Assembly (NCBI GenBank): GCA_035941675.1 | Contig: DASZDT010000004.1 | Span: 1,837-65,836, forward strand | Origin: Chthoniobacterales bacterium | Lineage (GTDB): Bacteria; Verrucomicrobiota; Verrucomicrobiia; Chthoniobacterales; UBA10450 | DNA length: 64,000 nucleotides | Direction of reading: 5' to 3' | Shown here: positions 9,032 through 18,568 of the stretch, in pieces | Layout: every line of letters begins with the position of its first letter | Position numbering within the stretch: position 1 is the stretch's first letter | The notes under the pieces: model-generated | Told to the model about the DNA's origin: nothing | The model's database searches: none | The model's input: the letters and a program-made list of their open reading frames with translations, nothing else | Made by a program: the position numbers and the translations under genes

Positions 9032-9835
9032 ATGAGTGCGCCTGATTCCGTGTCCACCATGGCGGTGTTCCTCGACCTGGAAAACATCGCGATCGGGGCG
9101 CATGAGGCCCAATTCCCGGCCTTCGATGTTCGCAAGCTCATCGAGCGCCTCCTGCTCAAGGGCCACATCGTGGTGAAGAAAGCCTACTGCGATTTCGACC
9201 GTTACAAGGCCTTCAAGCGCGGGCTCCACGAAGCCGCCTTCGAGTTGATCGAGATCCCGCATGTCCGGCAGTCGGGCAAGAACTCGGCCGACATTCGGAT
9301 GGTCGTCGACGCGCTGGACCTTTGTTACACGAAGAGCCACGTCGACACCTTTGTCATCATCAGTGGCGACTCGGACTTTTCCCCGCTGGTCAGCAAATTG
9401 CGCGAGAACGCCAAGACCGTTATCGGCGTCGGCGTTAAGAAATCGACGTCCGATCTCTTCATTAATAACTGCGACGAGTTCATCTATTACGACGACCTCG
9501 TGCGCGGCGAACGTCCGAAGAAAAGCCGGAGCGCCCAGCCGAACAGGGCGGCGTCGAAGGTCGGGGTCGAGAAAGAGAGCAGTCTGTCGACCGATCGCGC
9601 GCTCGACCTGGTCACGAACACGGTCGACGCGTTACGGGCCGAGCGCGGCGAAGATTACACCATTCGCGGGTCGCTCGTGAAACAAGCCATCAAACGACGA
9701 AACCCGGGATTCAACGAGCGCGCCCATGGTTTCCGTGCGTTCAACGAACTGCTGCTCGAAGCGCAGAAGCAGGGGCTGGTGAGGCTCGAGGACGACAAAC
9801 AGGCCGGCACCTACATCGTTCACCCGGTCGAGTAG
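9032..9835 (+). CDS. NYN-domain (LabA/DUF88-like) protein with C-terminal OST-HTH/LOTUS-like region
   Basis: MAVFLDLENIAIG...KAYCDF...SGKNSADIRMVVDALDL...DTFVIISGDSDFSPLVSKLRENAKTVIGVG is the NYN/LabA acidic-residue pattern. ATG at 9032 chosen; the upstream part of the track ORF is Arg-rich junk. Confidence 0.85.
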   Translation: MSAPDSVSTMAVFLDLENIAIGAHEAQFPAFDVRKLIERLLLKGHIVVKKAYCDFDRYKAFKRGLHEAAFELIEIPHVRQSGKNSADIRMVVDALDLCYTKSHVDTFVIISGDSDFSPLVSKLRENAKTVIGVGVKKSTSDLFINNCDEFIYYDDLVRGERPKKSRSAQPNRAASKVGVEKESSLSTDRALDLVTNTVDALRAERGEDYTIRGSLVKQAIKRRNPGFNERAHGFRAFNELLLEAQKQGLVRLEDDKQAGTYIVHPVE

Positions 9836-9843
9836 CCGGCGTT

Positions 9844-11148
9844 CTATTTACGCCGATATTTTTCCCGGTACTTGTCGCGCAAACGCGTTTGCCGATTCGA
9901 AAGATCGATCTTGCGGCCGTCGACGAAGGCCGCTTCGACCTGCGTCGGAAAATCGAGCGGATCGCCGTTGGTCACGATCAAGGTCGCGGCTTTTCCAGGC
10001 TCCAGCGAACCAAGGCGGTCCGCGATCCCAAGGATTTGAGCGGGGTAAAGCGTGACCGCTTTCAATGCCTCCTCTTTCGGCAAGCCATAGCCGGCGGCGA
10101 GCCCCGCTTCGTGGCCGACATTGCGTTCGTTCGTCTCCGCGCCCCGGCCGTTTGAAGCGATGCAAAACCGGACGCCGGCTTGCTGCAACTTGGCGGCGCT
10201 GCTCCAGCCGCTGTCGTAATCATCGTCACGTCGCGGCGGCAAACTCGTCGCCGGCCCCAGCATCACGGGGACGTCGCTCTCCTTTAACTGCGCCGCGACG
10301 CGCCAGGCGTCATCAGCGTCGACGAGCACGATCTTGAGTTGCATTTCCTTCGCCCAGGCGAGCGCCGCCTGGATTTGCGCGAGGCTGCTCGCGTGGACGA
10401 AGAGCGGCAGCTTCCCATCGAACACCGGCATCAACGCTTCCCAGCGCAGGTCCGTCTTGAAATCGGGTCCCGGATTTTTCCGGCTTTGCCAATAGGCGCG
10501 GGCGACCTGAAACGCGTCGCGGATTTGTTTCTGCGCCTTGTCGATTTCCTTTTGCTGATCTTTCACCGATTTCCGCGCGCGCGGCCGCCGGTCGATGGTC
10601 AGGTTCGGCCACCGCAAATGCATTGCGGCCGGCGAAAGGACGGTCATCTCCTCAGGTGTCCAACCTTCGAGCCGCAGGACCGCCGATTGCCCGGAAATGA
10701 TTCCGCCTTCCGGAACCGAAAGCGCGGTCAACACCCCGGCAGCGCGCGCAACCGGGATCAATTCGCTGTCCGGATTCACGCTCGTGATGCTGCGGACGTT
10801 CGGGTTGAGCGCGCCCGCTTCCTCGACGTCGACCGTCGCGCGGACCGCGCCGATCTCGACGAGGCCGAGAACGGTGTTGGCGTTGATCAAGCCCGGGTAG
10901 ACATGCTTCCCATTCGCCTCGACCACTTCGGCGCCGGATGGAATCGCCGCGTCCGCGCCAATGGCGGTGATCTTTCCGTTCTCGAAAACAATCGTGCCGT
11001 TTGGAATGTCGGGGCCGCTCACCGGATGGATCGTCGCGCCCTTGATCGCGACCGGTTTAGTTTGAGGCGGCGCCGGGATTGTGTCGGATGCGCGCGCTGT
11101 AACCAATAGCGCGAGGATGCCAACGACGACCGGGAAAGGTTTCCTCAT
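9844..11148 (-). CDS. secreted amidohydrolase-family protein (434 aa)
   Basis: Signal peptide MRKPFPVVVGILALLVTARA, then IKGATIHPVSGPDIPNGTIVFENGKITAIG...GKHVYPGLINANT. ATGA overlap (11145-11148) with the upstream amidohydrolase. The 833-aa track ORF is an artefactual N-terminal extension. Confidence 0.85.
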   Translation of the reverse strand: MRKPFPVVVGILALLVTARASDTIPAPPQTKPVAIKGATIHPVSGPDIPNGTIVFENGKITAIGADAAIPSGAEVVEANGKHVYPGLINANTVLGLVEIGAVRATVDVEEAGALNPNVRSITSVNPDSELIPVARAAGVLTALSVPEGGIISGQSAVLRLEGWTPEEMTVLSPAAMHLRWPNLTIDRRPRARKSVKDQQKEIDKAQKQIRDAFQVARAYWQSRKNPGPDFKTDLRWEALMPVFDGKLPLFVHASSLAQIQAALAWAKEMQLKIVLVDADDAWRVAAQLKESDVPVMLGPATSLPPRRDDDYDSGWSSAAKLQQAGVRFCIASNGRGAETNERNVGHEAGLAAGYGLPKEEALKAVTLYPAQILGIADRLGSLEPGKAATLIVTNGDPLDFPTQVEAAFVDGRKIDLSNRQTRLRDKYREKYRRK

Positions 11149-14100
11149 TCGGACGCGTCTCCCATGCAGGTGTGCTTGTCGTGCCCGTCGCCGTAGATCG
11201 GCTCCAATTCCTTTGCGCGGTGCAGATCGTGCCCGGAAATCTTCGGCGGCTCCTTGTCGTCCTTCTTCTCGCCGTCGCCGTCCTTGCCACCTCCGATTTC
11301 CTTCAGCCGTTCCACCAGCGCCTTCTGGACGAGCGCCTCGCGCTGCGCCGCAAAACTTTTCCGCGCCTCCGCATCCTCGGCGCGATCGAAATACTTCCGG
11401 CCATCGATCCACGTCTGCTGGACGCGCGCGTAATTCGAGAGCGGGTTGCCGGTCCAGATCACGAAGTCCCCGTCCTTCCCGTTTTCCAGCGAACCGGTCT
11501 TCGCCTCGATCCGCAATTGTTTGGCGGGATTGATCGTCACCAGCTTGAGCGCGTCTTCCGGCGAGAGCCCGCCATACTTCATCGATTTCGCCGCTTCCGT
11601 GTTCAAACGCCGCGCGAGATCGGCGCTGTCGGAGTTCACCGAGGTCACCACGTTCTGCCCGTTCATCATGGCGGCGTTGTCCGGGATCGCATCGATCACT
11701 TCGAACTTGTAGCCCCACCAATCGGCAAACGTGGAACCGCCCACGCCGTCTTTCGCCATCACGTCGGCCACCTTGTAGCCCTCCAAAATATGCTGGAGCG
11801 TGCCGACCCGGATCTTGAATTCCCGCGCCACGCCCAGGAACGCCAGGATCTCGTCCTGCCGGTAGGAGTGGCAATGGATCAGCCGCTTGCCGCTCAAAAT
11901 TTCCGAGATCGCTTCCAGCTGAAGATCGCGGCGCACCGGCAAGCCGCCTTTCTTCTTCAGGGCCGCGTCGTATTCCTGCGCGGCCCGGAACCGGTCGCGC
12001 ATGATTTGTTCGACACCCATCCGCGTCTGCGGATAACGCGTTCTGAATTTGTCGCCCCAGTTCGCTTGCTTGACGTTTTCGCCGAGCGCGAACTTCACTC
12101 CCGGCATCGCGTCGGCGAACTTGAGCTCCTCCGCGGACGCGCCCCAGCGAAATTTGATGACCTGATTCTGGCCGCCCATCGGATTGGCGGAACCATGGAG
12201 CACGTTCGCGGTCGTGACGCCGCCGGCCAGCTCCCGATAGAGACCGATATCCGTGGGATCGATCACGTCGCCGATCCGCACTTCGCAGGTCACGGCGTGG
12301 CTCGACTCGTTCACGCCGCGGCTGATTGCGGTGTGCGAGTGGCAATCGATGATGCCCGGCGTGACATGCATTCCCTTGCCGTCGACCACCGTCGCGCCGC
12401 CGGGCGCTTTCAATCCCGGGCCGACCGCCGAGATTTTGCCGCCGGTCACGAGGACGTCAGCGTTCTGGAGCGTGCCTTGCGGTCCGGAAGTCCAAACCGT
12501 CGCGCCTTGAATCAGGACCGCTTTCGGCTGATCGGGTGGCGCCGCGCGACCGAAGGCGCCCGCCGGGTAGGTCTCCGGGAAATCCAGCGGCTTATCGAGC
12601 GGCGATGGTTTGTCGTCCGGCTTTTTCGCGGGCGTGAAAGCAGCCGTGCGTTTCGCGTTCCATCGCACGTTCGTTAGGCCGGGGGCGTCGCCCGTTCCCG
12701 AAATCGTCTCACCGAAAATTACACCGGTTAGCCGGAGCGACCCTTCGCCTTTCTCGAAGAGCTTCGCCGGCGCGATCACGAGGATCGAGTCGTCCTTCAC
12801 CGAGACGGTCGCTTTTTCGCCGCCGACCTTGGCATCGAGTTTCTCGACCTTGCCCTCGATCGTCAGCGGCAAGGTCTTTCCGTCCGCCACCAGTTCCCAC
12901 GTCCCGCGCACGTCACGCTCGCGCGCCTGGTCGGTATCGTAATAGCGGCCGTCGACCCAGGTCGTCAGCACCTTGGCGTCGTCGCCAAAAAGATCGCCGC
13001 TGGCCACGACCAGGTTCGCCATCCGGCCGGCCGCGATCGAGCCGAGCCGGTCAGCGACGCCGAACATTTCCGCCGGCGTAGTGGTGAGAGCCGCGAGCGC
13101 CGCGTCCTTGCTCAAGCCGCGTCGAACGGCCAGGCGCAGCCGGGACCAAAAATCCTTTTCCGGTTTCTCCAGCTTCTCCGTCGTCAACGCGAACGGAATA
13201 CCCGCTTCCGCCAGCCGGGCGGGATTGCTGGGCGCGCGGTCCCAATGCTGAAGCTCGTCGAGCTCAACTTCGATCGCGTTCTCGGGCCGCTCGATTTCCG
13301 GCGGCTTCGGAAAATCGAGCGGCAAAATGATCGCCGGCTTTTTCTCCGCCAACGCCTTGCGGACCCGATATTCGTAACCGTTCCCGAACAGGATCGGTTT
13401 CAATTTGAATTCGTCCGCTATCCGCAGGGCGCGGAGCAGATCGAGTTCGTCTTCCGCCTCGAACACGGCCGGATTCCGCTGCATCTGCTCAGCGAGCGTG
13501 GCCAGGCTCGCGTTCGTTTCCGGGCGCTCGGTCGTCGCGGGATTTTTCCGGTAGGCGTCCTGGGCCGCCTGATACCATGACGCGTCGAGGAAACTCTGCC
13601 GAATCAGCGCGATGCTTCCCATCAACGAATTCGGATAACCCCGGTCGCCGTCGCGCCCGTCGCGATCGAAGTCGAACCCGATGTGTTGCGCGACGACCGG
13701 CGAAACGACCATCGTGTCGACATTCGTTTCCTGCAGGTTGATGAGCGCGCTCGATCCGTGGAAAACGCCGCGAGCCGGAACGACCAGCGCGCTCGCGAAC
13801 CCGAGATCGCGCAGGAGCTTCGTCGCTTTCTTGTCGACGTTAAGATAATCGGCGGCCCGCCGCTCCGGCGTCACGCGCGGGTTCCAGGAGCGCGTACCCT
13901 TGGCGCTTTCGCGCGGCACTTCCTTGGGCTTCGCATTTGGATCGTCCGGATCGATATCGGTCCGCGCCGACTCCGGTTTCAATGTCTCCGGCAAATCCAG
14001 CCGGCTGTAGCCATCGATGAAGCCCGCATAAATCGTTTTGCCGGTGAGATCCCAAACCCGCGCTTCCTCCGGTACCTTCACCTCCGGCCCCACGTCGACG

Positions 14101-14297
14101 ATGATTCCGTCGCGGATCAGCACCGTCCCTTTCTCGATCGTTTTGCCCGGCGCCGCGACGATGCGCGCGTTGGTCAAAGCATGAACCCGCGGATCGTTCT
14201 CGCGAATTCCCTCCTTCGGGGCCGTCGTGACCTGGGCCGAACTGGAGACCGCCAGGATCAGCAAACCCGCGAACGACGAACGCCACGACCGTTTCAT
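11145..14297 (-). CDS. large secreted amidohydrolase-family protein (1050 aa)
   Basis: Signal peptide, two amidohydrolase-like modules, metal-binding HVTPGIIDCHSHTAISRGVNE and LHGSANPMGG. Confidence 0.85.
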   Translation of the reverse strand: MKRSWRSSFAGLLILAVSSSAQVTTAPKEGIRENDPRVHALTNARIVAAPGKTIEKGTVLIRDGIIVDVGPEVKVPEEARVWDLTGKTIYAGFIDGYSRLDLPETLKPESARTDIDPDDPNAKPKEVPRESAKGTRSWNPRVTPERRAADYLNVDKKATKLLRDLGFASALVVPARGVFHGSSALINLQETNVDTMVVSPVVAQHIGFDFDRDGRDGDRGYPNSLMGSIALIRQSFLDASWYQAAQDAYRKNPATTERPETNASLATLAEQMQRNPAVFEAEDELDLLRALRIADEFKLKPILFGNGYEYRVRKALAEKKPAIILPLDFPKPPEIERPENAIEVELDELQHWDRAPSNPARLAEAGIPFALTTEKLEKPEKDFWSRLRLAVRRGLSKDAALAALTTTPAEMFGVADRLGSIAAGRMANLVVASGDLFGDDAKVLTTWVDGRYYDTDQARERDVRGTWELVADGKTLPLTIEGKVEKLDAKVGGEKATVSVKDDSILVIAPAKLFEKGEGSLRLTGVIFGETISGTGDAPGLTNVRWNAKRTAAFTPAKKPDDKPSPLDKPLDFPETYPAGAFGRAAPPDQPKAVLIQGATVWTSGPQGTLQNADVLVTGGKISAVGPGLKAPGGATVVDGKGMHVTPGIIDCHSHTAISRGVNESSHAVTCEVRIGDVIDPTDIGLYRELAGGVTTANVLHGSANPMGGQNQVIKFRWGASAEELKFADAMPGVKFALGENVKQANWGDKFRTRYPQTRMGVEQIMRDRFRAAQEYDAALKKKGGLPVRRDLQLEAISEILSGKRLIHCHSYRQDEILAFLGVAREFKIRVGTLQHILEGYKVADVMAKDGVGGSTFADWWGYKFEVIDAIPDNAAMMNGQNVVTSVNSDSADLARRLNTEAAKSMKYGGLSPEDALKLVTINPAKQLRIEAKTGSLENGKDGDFVIWTGNPLSNYARVQQTWIDGRKYFDRAEDAEARKSFAAQREALVQKALVERLKEIGGGKDGDGEKKDDKEPPKISGHDLHRAKELEPIYGDGHDKHTCMGDASE

Positions 14298-14413
14298 GAC
14301 AGAAGTTGCAGGCTAGCGTTCCGCCCGCGTGAGACAAGCCCGCGTTTTTCGTTCACCGGAAACCACCGGTGGACGCATTGGAAGAGCGTAAGTCCGGTCG
14401 AGATACCGGACGG

Positions 14414-15217
14414 TTACCGTGGCATCGGGATAGCGTCGTCGGCCCGCTCGATTTTCAGAACCGGATGAATCTCCCACGCGGTCGCTCGCCAGGGGTTGTG
14501 ATAGCGGTTGCGCGCGATGGAGTGAATCGTGACGCCGACATCCTTCGTTTTGTCGTTGTGCTCGTCGTCCCAAAGAAGATAGCCGGTCAGGCGGACCTTC
14601 TGCGCTTTGTGCCCGGTCGATTCGTAAGTGGCATCGCGACGCCGGAAAAAAGCCGCCAGCTCCTGGATTCGAATGCCGTCATGGTAGATGGCGTTTTGCG
14701 TTCGCGGCGTGATTTCGCAAATGATCGGCGTCGGGTCGCCCGGCTGCGGCGGATGATCGAGCGGCTGTTCAAACATCTCGAGATGCCAGTCATGGAAGTC
14801 GAGGCTGCCGCAGATGGTCGACTCCCCCGGGCCTGGATACGCGAGCACAAGATAACCAGTTAACGAAACAAGCGGCGCTTGGAGAATCTCGAGCCGTCGC
14901 TTTTGGGCGGGACTCAGATCTTTTCGGTGTTTGCTTTTGGTTTCTGCATCGAACCGAGCGACGTGTTTCAACAGGCTCTTCATGTCGAACGGTGTCACCG
15001 CAAGTTTGGAAACATCGGCGGCCGACCGGTTCTTCAATCGATTAAGCTCACCATTGTCCGGACTCTTCGCGCTTTTTTCCCCTCGCGTGTCGCAATTCCA
15101 CGTTGTCAGATCGATCTTTTTTAGTTCGCGATCATCGGATATTTGCTCGGCGGCGTTGGCGCAGCGGAACGCGATCAGCGCGAGAGCAACCAGACTTCGG
15201 CGGAGGAAGCGGGTCAT
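14414..15217 (-). CDS. secreted hypothetical protein
   Basis: ATG at 15217 gives the signal peptide MTRFLRRSLVALALIAFRCANA. The rest is protein-like but no family is recognised. Confidence 0.6.
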   Translation of the reverse strand: MTRFLRRSLVALALIAFRCANAAEQISDDRELKKIDLTTWNCDTRGEKSAKSPDNGELNRLKNRSAADVSKLAVTPFDMKSLLKHVARFDAETKSKHRKDLSPAQKRRLEILQAPLVSLTGYLVLAYPGPGESTICGSLDFHDWHLEMFEQPLDHPPQPGDPTPIICEITPRTQNAIYHDGIRIQELAAFFRRRDATYESTGHKAQKVRLTGYLLWDDEHNDKTKDVGVTIHSIARNRYHNPWRATAWEIHPVLKIERADDAIPMPR

Positions 15218-15230
15218 CGGGGCGCCATTC

Positions 15231-15304
15231 GTCACCCCATGTAGTAACCGCCGTTCACATTCAAAACGTGGCCGGTGATGAAGCTCGCCATGTATGTGCG
15301 AGGA
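15231..15304 (-). pseudogene. orphan 3'-terminal fragment of a FabG-like SDR gene (duplicate of 18569-18643)
   Basis: 15231-15291 matches 18569-18629 at 57/61 nt by hand alignment. It encodes ...MASFITGHVLNVNGGYYMG* versus ...MASYITGHVLNVNGGYYMG* of the intact gene. Similarity continues with a 1-nt indel (gcgaggaa) and is then lost. Confidence 0.75.
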
Positions 15305-15340
15305 AAATACCTCAAACAACGTGGATTGGGATAGTCACCG

Positions 15341-15865
15341 TCACCAGTATTCGATCCTCAAGTCGACTGGCGCACCGCGGGCCCTCAGTTCTTTCCCCGC
15401 TTGATCTATGAAACGCATTCCGGCATTTCGATCGCGAGTTACTAAGATCAATCCGTTCTCGGCTGCAATGCTGGCTATTAAAAGGTCACGCTCGTCAATT
15501 CCCAACTCCCGGCCACTGACACGGTCCATTAATTCCTCGGGCAACTTTTCGCGGTGCCCTCTGGTCTGTTTGGTTGCGTGCATTCGCCACAGCTGCGCGC
15601 GCAGATGTGAATAAGGTTCCACTGTATTTGGACCGATTCCTAATGGTTGGGGGAAGCTTTCAAAGCACTTCCGAATTCCACTGCGCTGAAATTCATCTGC
15701 CAGTTCGGATTTAGCCATTCCAAACTCAATTTCGGCGATCGCAATTACCGGCAGCCAAACATGGTCTAGCGCGCGAACGCGTTTTTCGATCTCATCGTGA
15801 TCCGCATGGCGACTGTTTGCCAACACCGAAATCACATTGGTGTCGAGTAGATAACCGTCGCTCAC
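15341..15865 (-). CDS. PIN-domain ribonuclease (VapC-like toxin), 174 aa
   Basis: LLDTNVIS (first Asp), AIAEIEFG (Glu), ERDLLIASIAAENGLILVTRDRN (third and fourth acidic residues). GTG start overlaps the stop of the upstream methyltransferase (GTGA at 15862-15865). Confidence 0.85.
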   Translation of the reverse strand: MSDGYLLDTNVISVLANSRHADHDEIEKRVRALDHVWLPVIAIAEIEFGMAKSELADEFQRSGIRKCFESFPQPLGIGPNTVEPYSHLRAQLWRMHATKQTRGHREKLPEELMDRVSGRELGIDERDLLIASIAAENGLILVTRDRNAGMRFIDQAGKELRARGAPVDLRIEYW

Positions 15866-18414
15866 GCCACATCCTCAAGCACTGCAGCGATGCTCGGCTC
15901 AATGCGATCAGGCAGCGAGTCGACCAGATATGAACCCCTGCATCGCTCGAAATCTGTTGCGATGAATCTCCACAGCGGGATAGTTGGTTTAAAGCTCTCA
16001 GGAAAGTATCCATCGAAGGAGAAGGGAACTCGTCGCGGCGTTCTCGCGTCGTTAAAATAGTCTAAAAGGCGACGTTCTAATCGCGGCGGAAGATTGTAAG
16101 CCCGCAGGATCACGGCATCAATTTGCAGGAGTAAATTTCGCGCAATATCGTTGCCGGCGCGTGCGCCCCACAATTCCAAATCGTTGTGTGGAAGGGATCG
16201 AAGAGACTGCAAGTAGGCATCAATTAACCTGTGAAGAAGGGCATGATCCTCTCTGGACACCTCCGGCACCGGCATTTGGCGCAACGTTGAAACACGTATG
16301 TGCATCCTGCCTTCATGCGTCGCGACATACGCGGCTGCGATCGGGCTATTCAGGAGCGCAACGATCGTAGTTGCGGGATAGCCTAATCGCGGCCACACCG
16401 CGTGAAAATTCTGGGATACGACGAGACCGCTCGGATCAAAAAAGGCCGCTAGACGCCACGGCCCCCGCGACAAACGCACAGCATTTACGATTACCTTTGG
16501 GTGCTCCCAAGACAACCGCCAAGCATTACCGCGTTGGAAAGACTGCTTGCCGCATAAGAAAGTGGTCTCGGGTGTCTCGAATGATCGAAAATCACGCTCT
16601 ACAGAATTAAGGCCACGACGGAAATGATCATTCGGAGATCCGGATAGGTACAGGTGTCGACGGAATGGTTGCTTCCATTCTACGCCGCGGTGGATCCGAG
16701 CAATCTTTTGCAATTGGGCATGTGTGTTAAGCCGATCCCACACTTCGCTCAATTCGGGTATGTTCCATGAGCGAGCGACTTCCGATATTGACCTTTCCGA
16801 TATGTCAGTTCGACTTGCATGATGTTGCTGAACAAAGCGGTGCCTGTCTTCCTCGCGGACCTCTGAAAATTGTAACGAAACCAATTTGGAGCCCCGTCTG
16901 ACCGACTTCGCAATCAAGAGACATGTTTCTAAGTCGACGCCCTGGAAGATGCGATCCGGAAGAGATACGACTTCAATTTCGGAATAGCGTTTCGCCAGTC
17001 GCTCGCGGGCTTCACGGTAACTTAGGCCCGAAACTGCCTGCCTCGGTAAAACGAAACCGACCAACCCCGCAGGAGAGAGGGCGGAAAGGACCTTGCTCAG
17101 GACAGCGACGGGCTTTTTGAGGAGCCCTTGTCTTCGAGCGGCATGCGATGGGCCGAAATCCTGAAAGGGGGGGTTGCAAAGGACGATCTGGGCACTCTGG
17201 AGACTTTTGTCGAAATCGGGCGATCTAAAAATGTCTGCACAATGTAACTTCCAGCCGCTGTGGTTAGGAAAGTCGGCGAGCGTTACGCATAATCGACTCA
17301 CTTCGAGTGCGAATGCATCAATTTCGAACCCGCGCAACATTTTCACAAAATACTTATGCCGCTCCTGTCCCGACATGTTTGGAGATAACAAATCGCGAAG
17401 CCTTTTTAGTGCAGCGACGAGGAAAACGCCGTGCCCGGAGCAGGGTTCGACTACGCGCCTGTCGGCCTCCGGAATATCCTCGAACGGCAACTTGTTGACA
17501 ATATATCTAGCAATGTTTCGAGGCGTGCTGTGAATGCCTAGTTCCGCACGAGCGCCGGCGTCGACGAGCGTGTTCTCGTAGATGTAAGACAGGATATCGA
17601 CAGATAGATTCTGAAAGCTGAATCCATCCCACAGCCGATCAAAGACTGCTTGTTGCGACGCTCTGTCATGTAGTACTGGCGAGTCTTCGCCATAATAATC
17701 AGCAACTCTTTCAAGAATAACGGCAGGCGTTGCGCTATCTAGCGACCGAAAGCCTTGGACTGAGCGGTCATGTAATACTCGTGCGGCCAACATCCTGAAT
17801 ACGAGGCGAAATAAACGCCTCGGATCCGGGGGCAAACCGGTACGGGTCTGATGTGCATTCGTCACATCAACAATTGCCGCAGTTAGTACTTCGTGAAGTT
17901 TTTGGCTAACGATTTGTTCGAGCGCCGGGACTAAATTGAGATCGAGGAACTCTAATTGCGCGGCAGTCGTCGCCCCGGGAATGTTTTTCGCCCGTAAGAT
18001 TGATTGCGGTTTCCAGTCTAGCGCGCTATCGCGAAAAAGTGCGTCGATACGCTCATGGGGAATCTCTTCTCGCACGTGACATGTAGTGCTGGCATCCCTA
18101 CCAATCCGCCAAGGGAGAATGCCATTTGGCTGTACCTCTAGCCCGATCGGTGCACCTAATGCGCGGTATTGGGCGACGCGATCTGCCGTGGCTGGCGTTT
18201 TAGTAGGAAATACCGCAAAACATGCCGAGTCGTACGAGAACGGTGTTTGGCCGAACACCGCGCAGACTCTGCGCTTTGGTGCAAGCGAATCAAACCAGTC
18301 TACAAATTCATAGTCTTCGTCGCGAAGGCCGGCTGAATAGCCAATGTGGTTCAGTCCTCCGAGGACGGCACGGTAACCCTTTTCATGACGGTCGTTAACG
18401 AACGTTGGGATCAT
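15862..18414 (-). CDS. gamma-class N6-adenine DNA methyltransferase (Eco57I/type IIG-like MTase core plus TaqI-like C-terminal specificity region) with unrecognised ~280-aa N-terminal domain
   Basis: Motif order IYENTL...GIHSTPRNIARYIV, VVEPCSGHGVFLVAAL (motif I), IVLCNPPF (motif IV), then a long C-terminal region (NFHAVWP...LLNSPIAAAYV). 850 aa. Confidence 0.85.
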   Translation of the reverse strand: MIPTFVNDRHEKGYRAVLGGLNHIGYSAGLRDEDYEFVDWFDSLAPKRRVCAVFGQTPFSYDSACFAVFPTKTPATADRVAQYRALGAPIGLEVQPNGILPWRIGRDASTTCHVREEIPHERIDALFRDSALDWKPQSILRAKNIPGATTAAQLEFLDLNLVPALEQIVSQKLHEVLTAAIVDVTNAHQTRTGLPPDPRRLFRLVFRMLAARVLHDRSVQGFRSLDSATPAVILERVADYYGEDSPVLHDRASQQAVFDRLWDGFSFQNLSVDILSYIYENTLVDAGARAELGIHSTPRNIARYIVNKLPFEDIPEADRRVVEPCSGHGVFLVAALKRLRDLLSPNMSGQERHKYFVKMLRGFEIDAFALEVSRLCVTLADFPNHSGWKLHCADIFRSPDFDKSLQSAQIVLCNPPFQDFGPSHAARRQGLLKKPVAVLSKVLSALSPAGLVGFVLPRQAVSGLSYREARERLAKRYSEIEVVSLPDRIFQGVDLETCLLIAKSVRRGSKLVSLQFSEVREEDRHRFVQQHHASRTDISERSISEVARSWNIPELSEVWDRLNTHAQLQKIARIHRGVEWKQPFRRHLYLSGSPNDHFRRGLNSVERDFRSFETPETTFLCGKQSFQRGNAWRLSWEHPKVIVNAVRLSRGPWRLAAFFDPSGLVVSQNFHAVWPRLGYPATTIVALLNSPIAAAYVATHEGRMHIRVSTLRQMPVPEVSREDHALLHRLIDAYLQSLRSLPHNDLELWGARAGNDIARNLLLQIDAVILRAYNLPPRLERRLLDYFNDARTPRRVPFSFDGYFPESFKPTIPLWRFIATDFERCRGSYLVDSLPDRIEPSIAAVLEDVA

Positions 18415-18481
18415 TTCGACGTTGTCATGAATGTTCGGATGGTGAGTGGCTGCAATCGCATGACAATTAGCATACGGGGTG

Positions 18482-18496
18482 GGACAAATATTGTCC
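18482..18496. promoter_or_regulatory. perfect 6-3-6 palindrome GGACAA-ATA-TTGTCC about 70 nt upstream of the methyltransferase start (candidate operator)
   Basis: Read directly: gggacaaatattgtcc. A second small palindrome TGCAC-AGGA-GTGCA lies at 18535-18548. Confidence 0.25.
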
Positions 18497-18568
18497 TATC
18501 CCGAAAAAAATTCAGAACCGTCGCATTTTGGCGCTGCACAGGAGTGCAACAATCTAAATAAATCGGCT

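Noticed and set aside
9844-12345. Track ORFs with very long N-terminal extensions (833 aa at 9844-12345; 570 aa at 30817-32529; 46125-47267; 46781-48439; 56163-56861; 56303-57949; 50757-51740; 42408-43586).
   Set aside because: The upstream portions overlap the neighbouring real gene in another frame and translate to Arg/Pro-rich junk. Internal starts give proper signal peptides or conserved N-termini and classic ATGA/GTGA couplings, so I trimmed them.
15792-16013. 73-aa minus-strand ORF spanning the MTase-PIN junction, considered as a hidden VapB-like antitoxin.
   Set aside because: It is out of frame with both genes and Cys/Ser/Arg-rich. It has no RHH/AbrB/Phd-like N-terminus and ends inside the PIN coding region.
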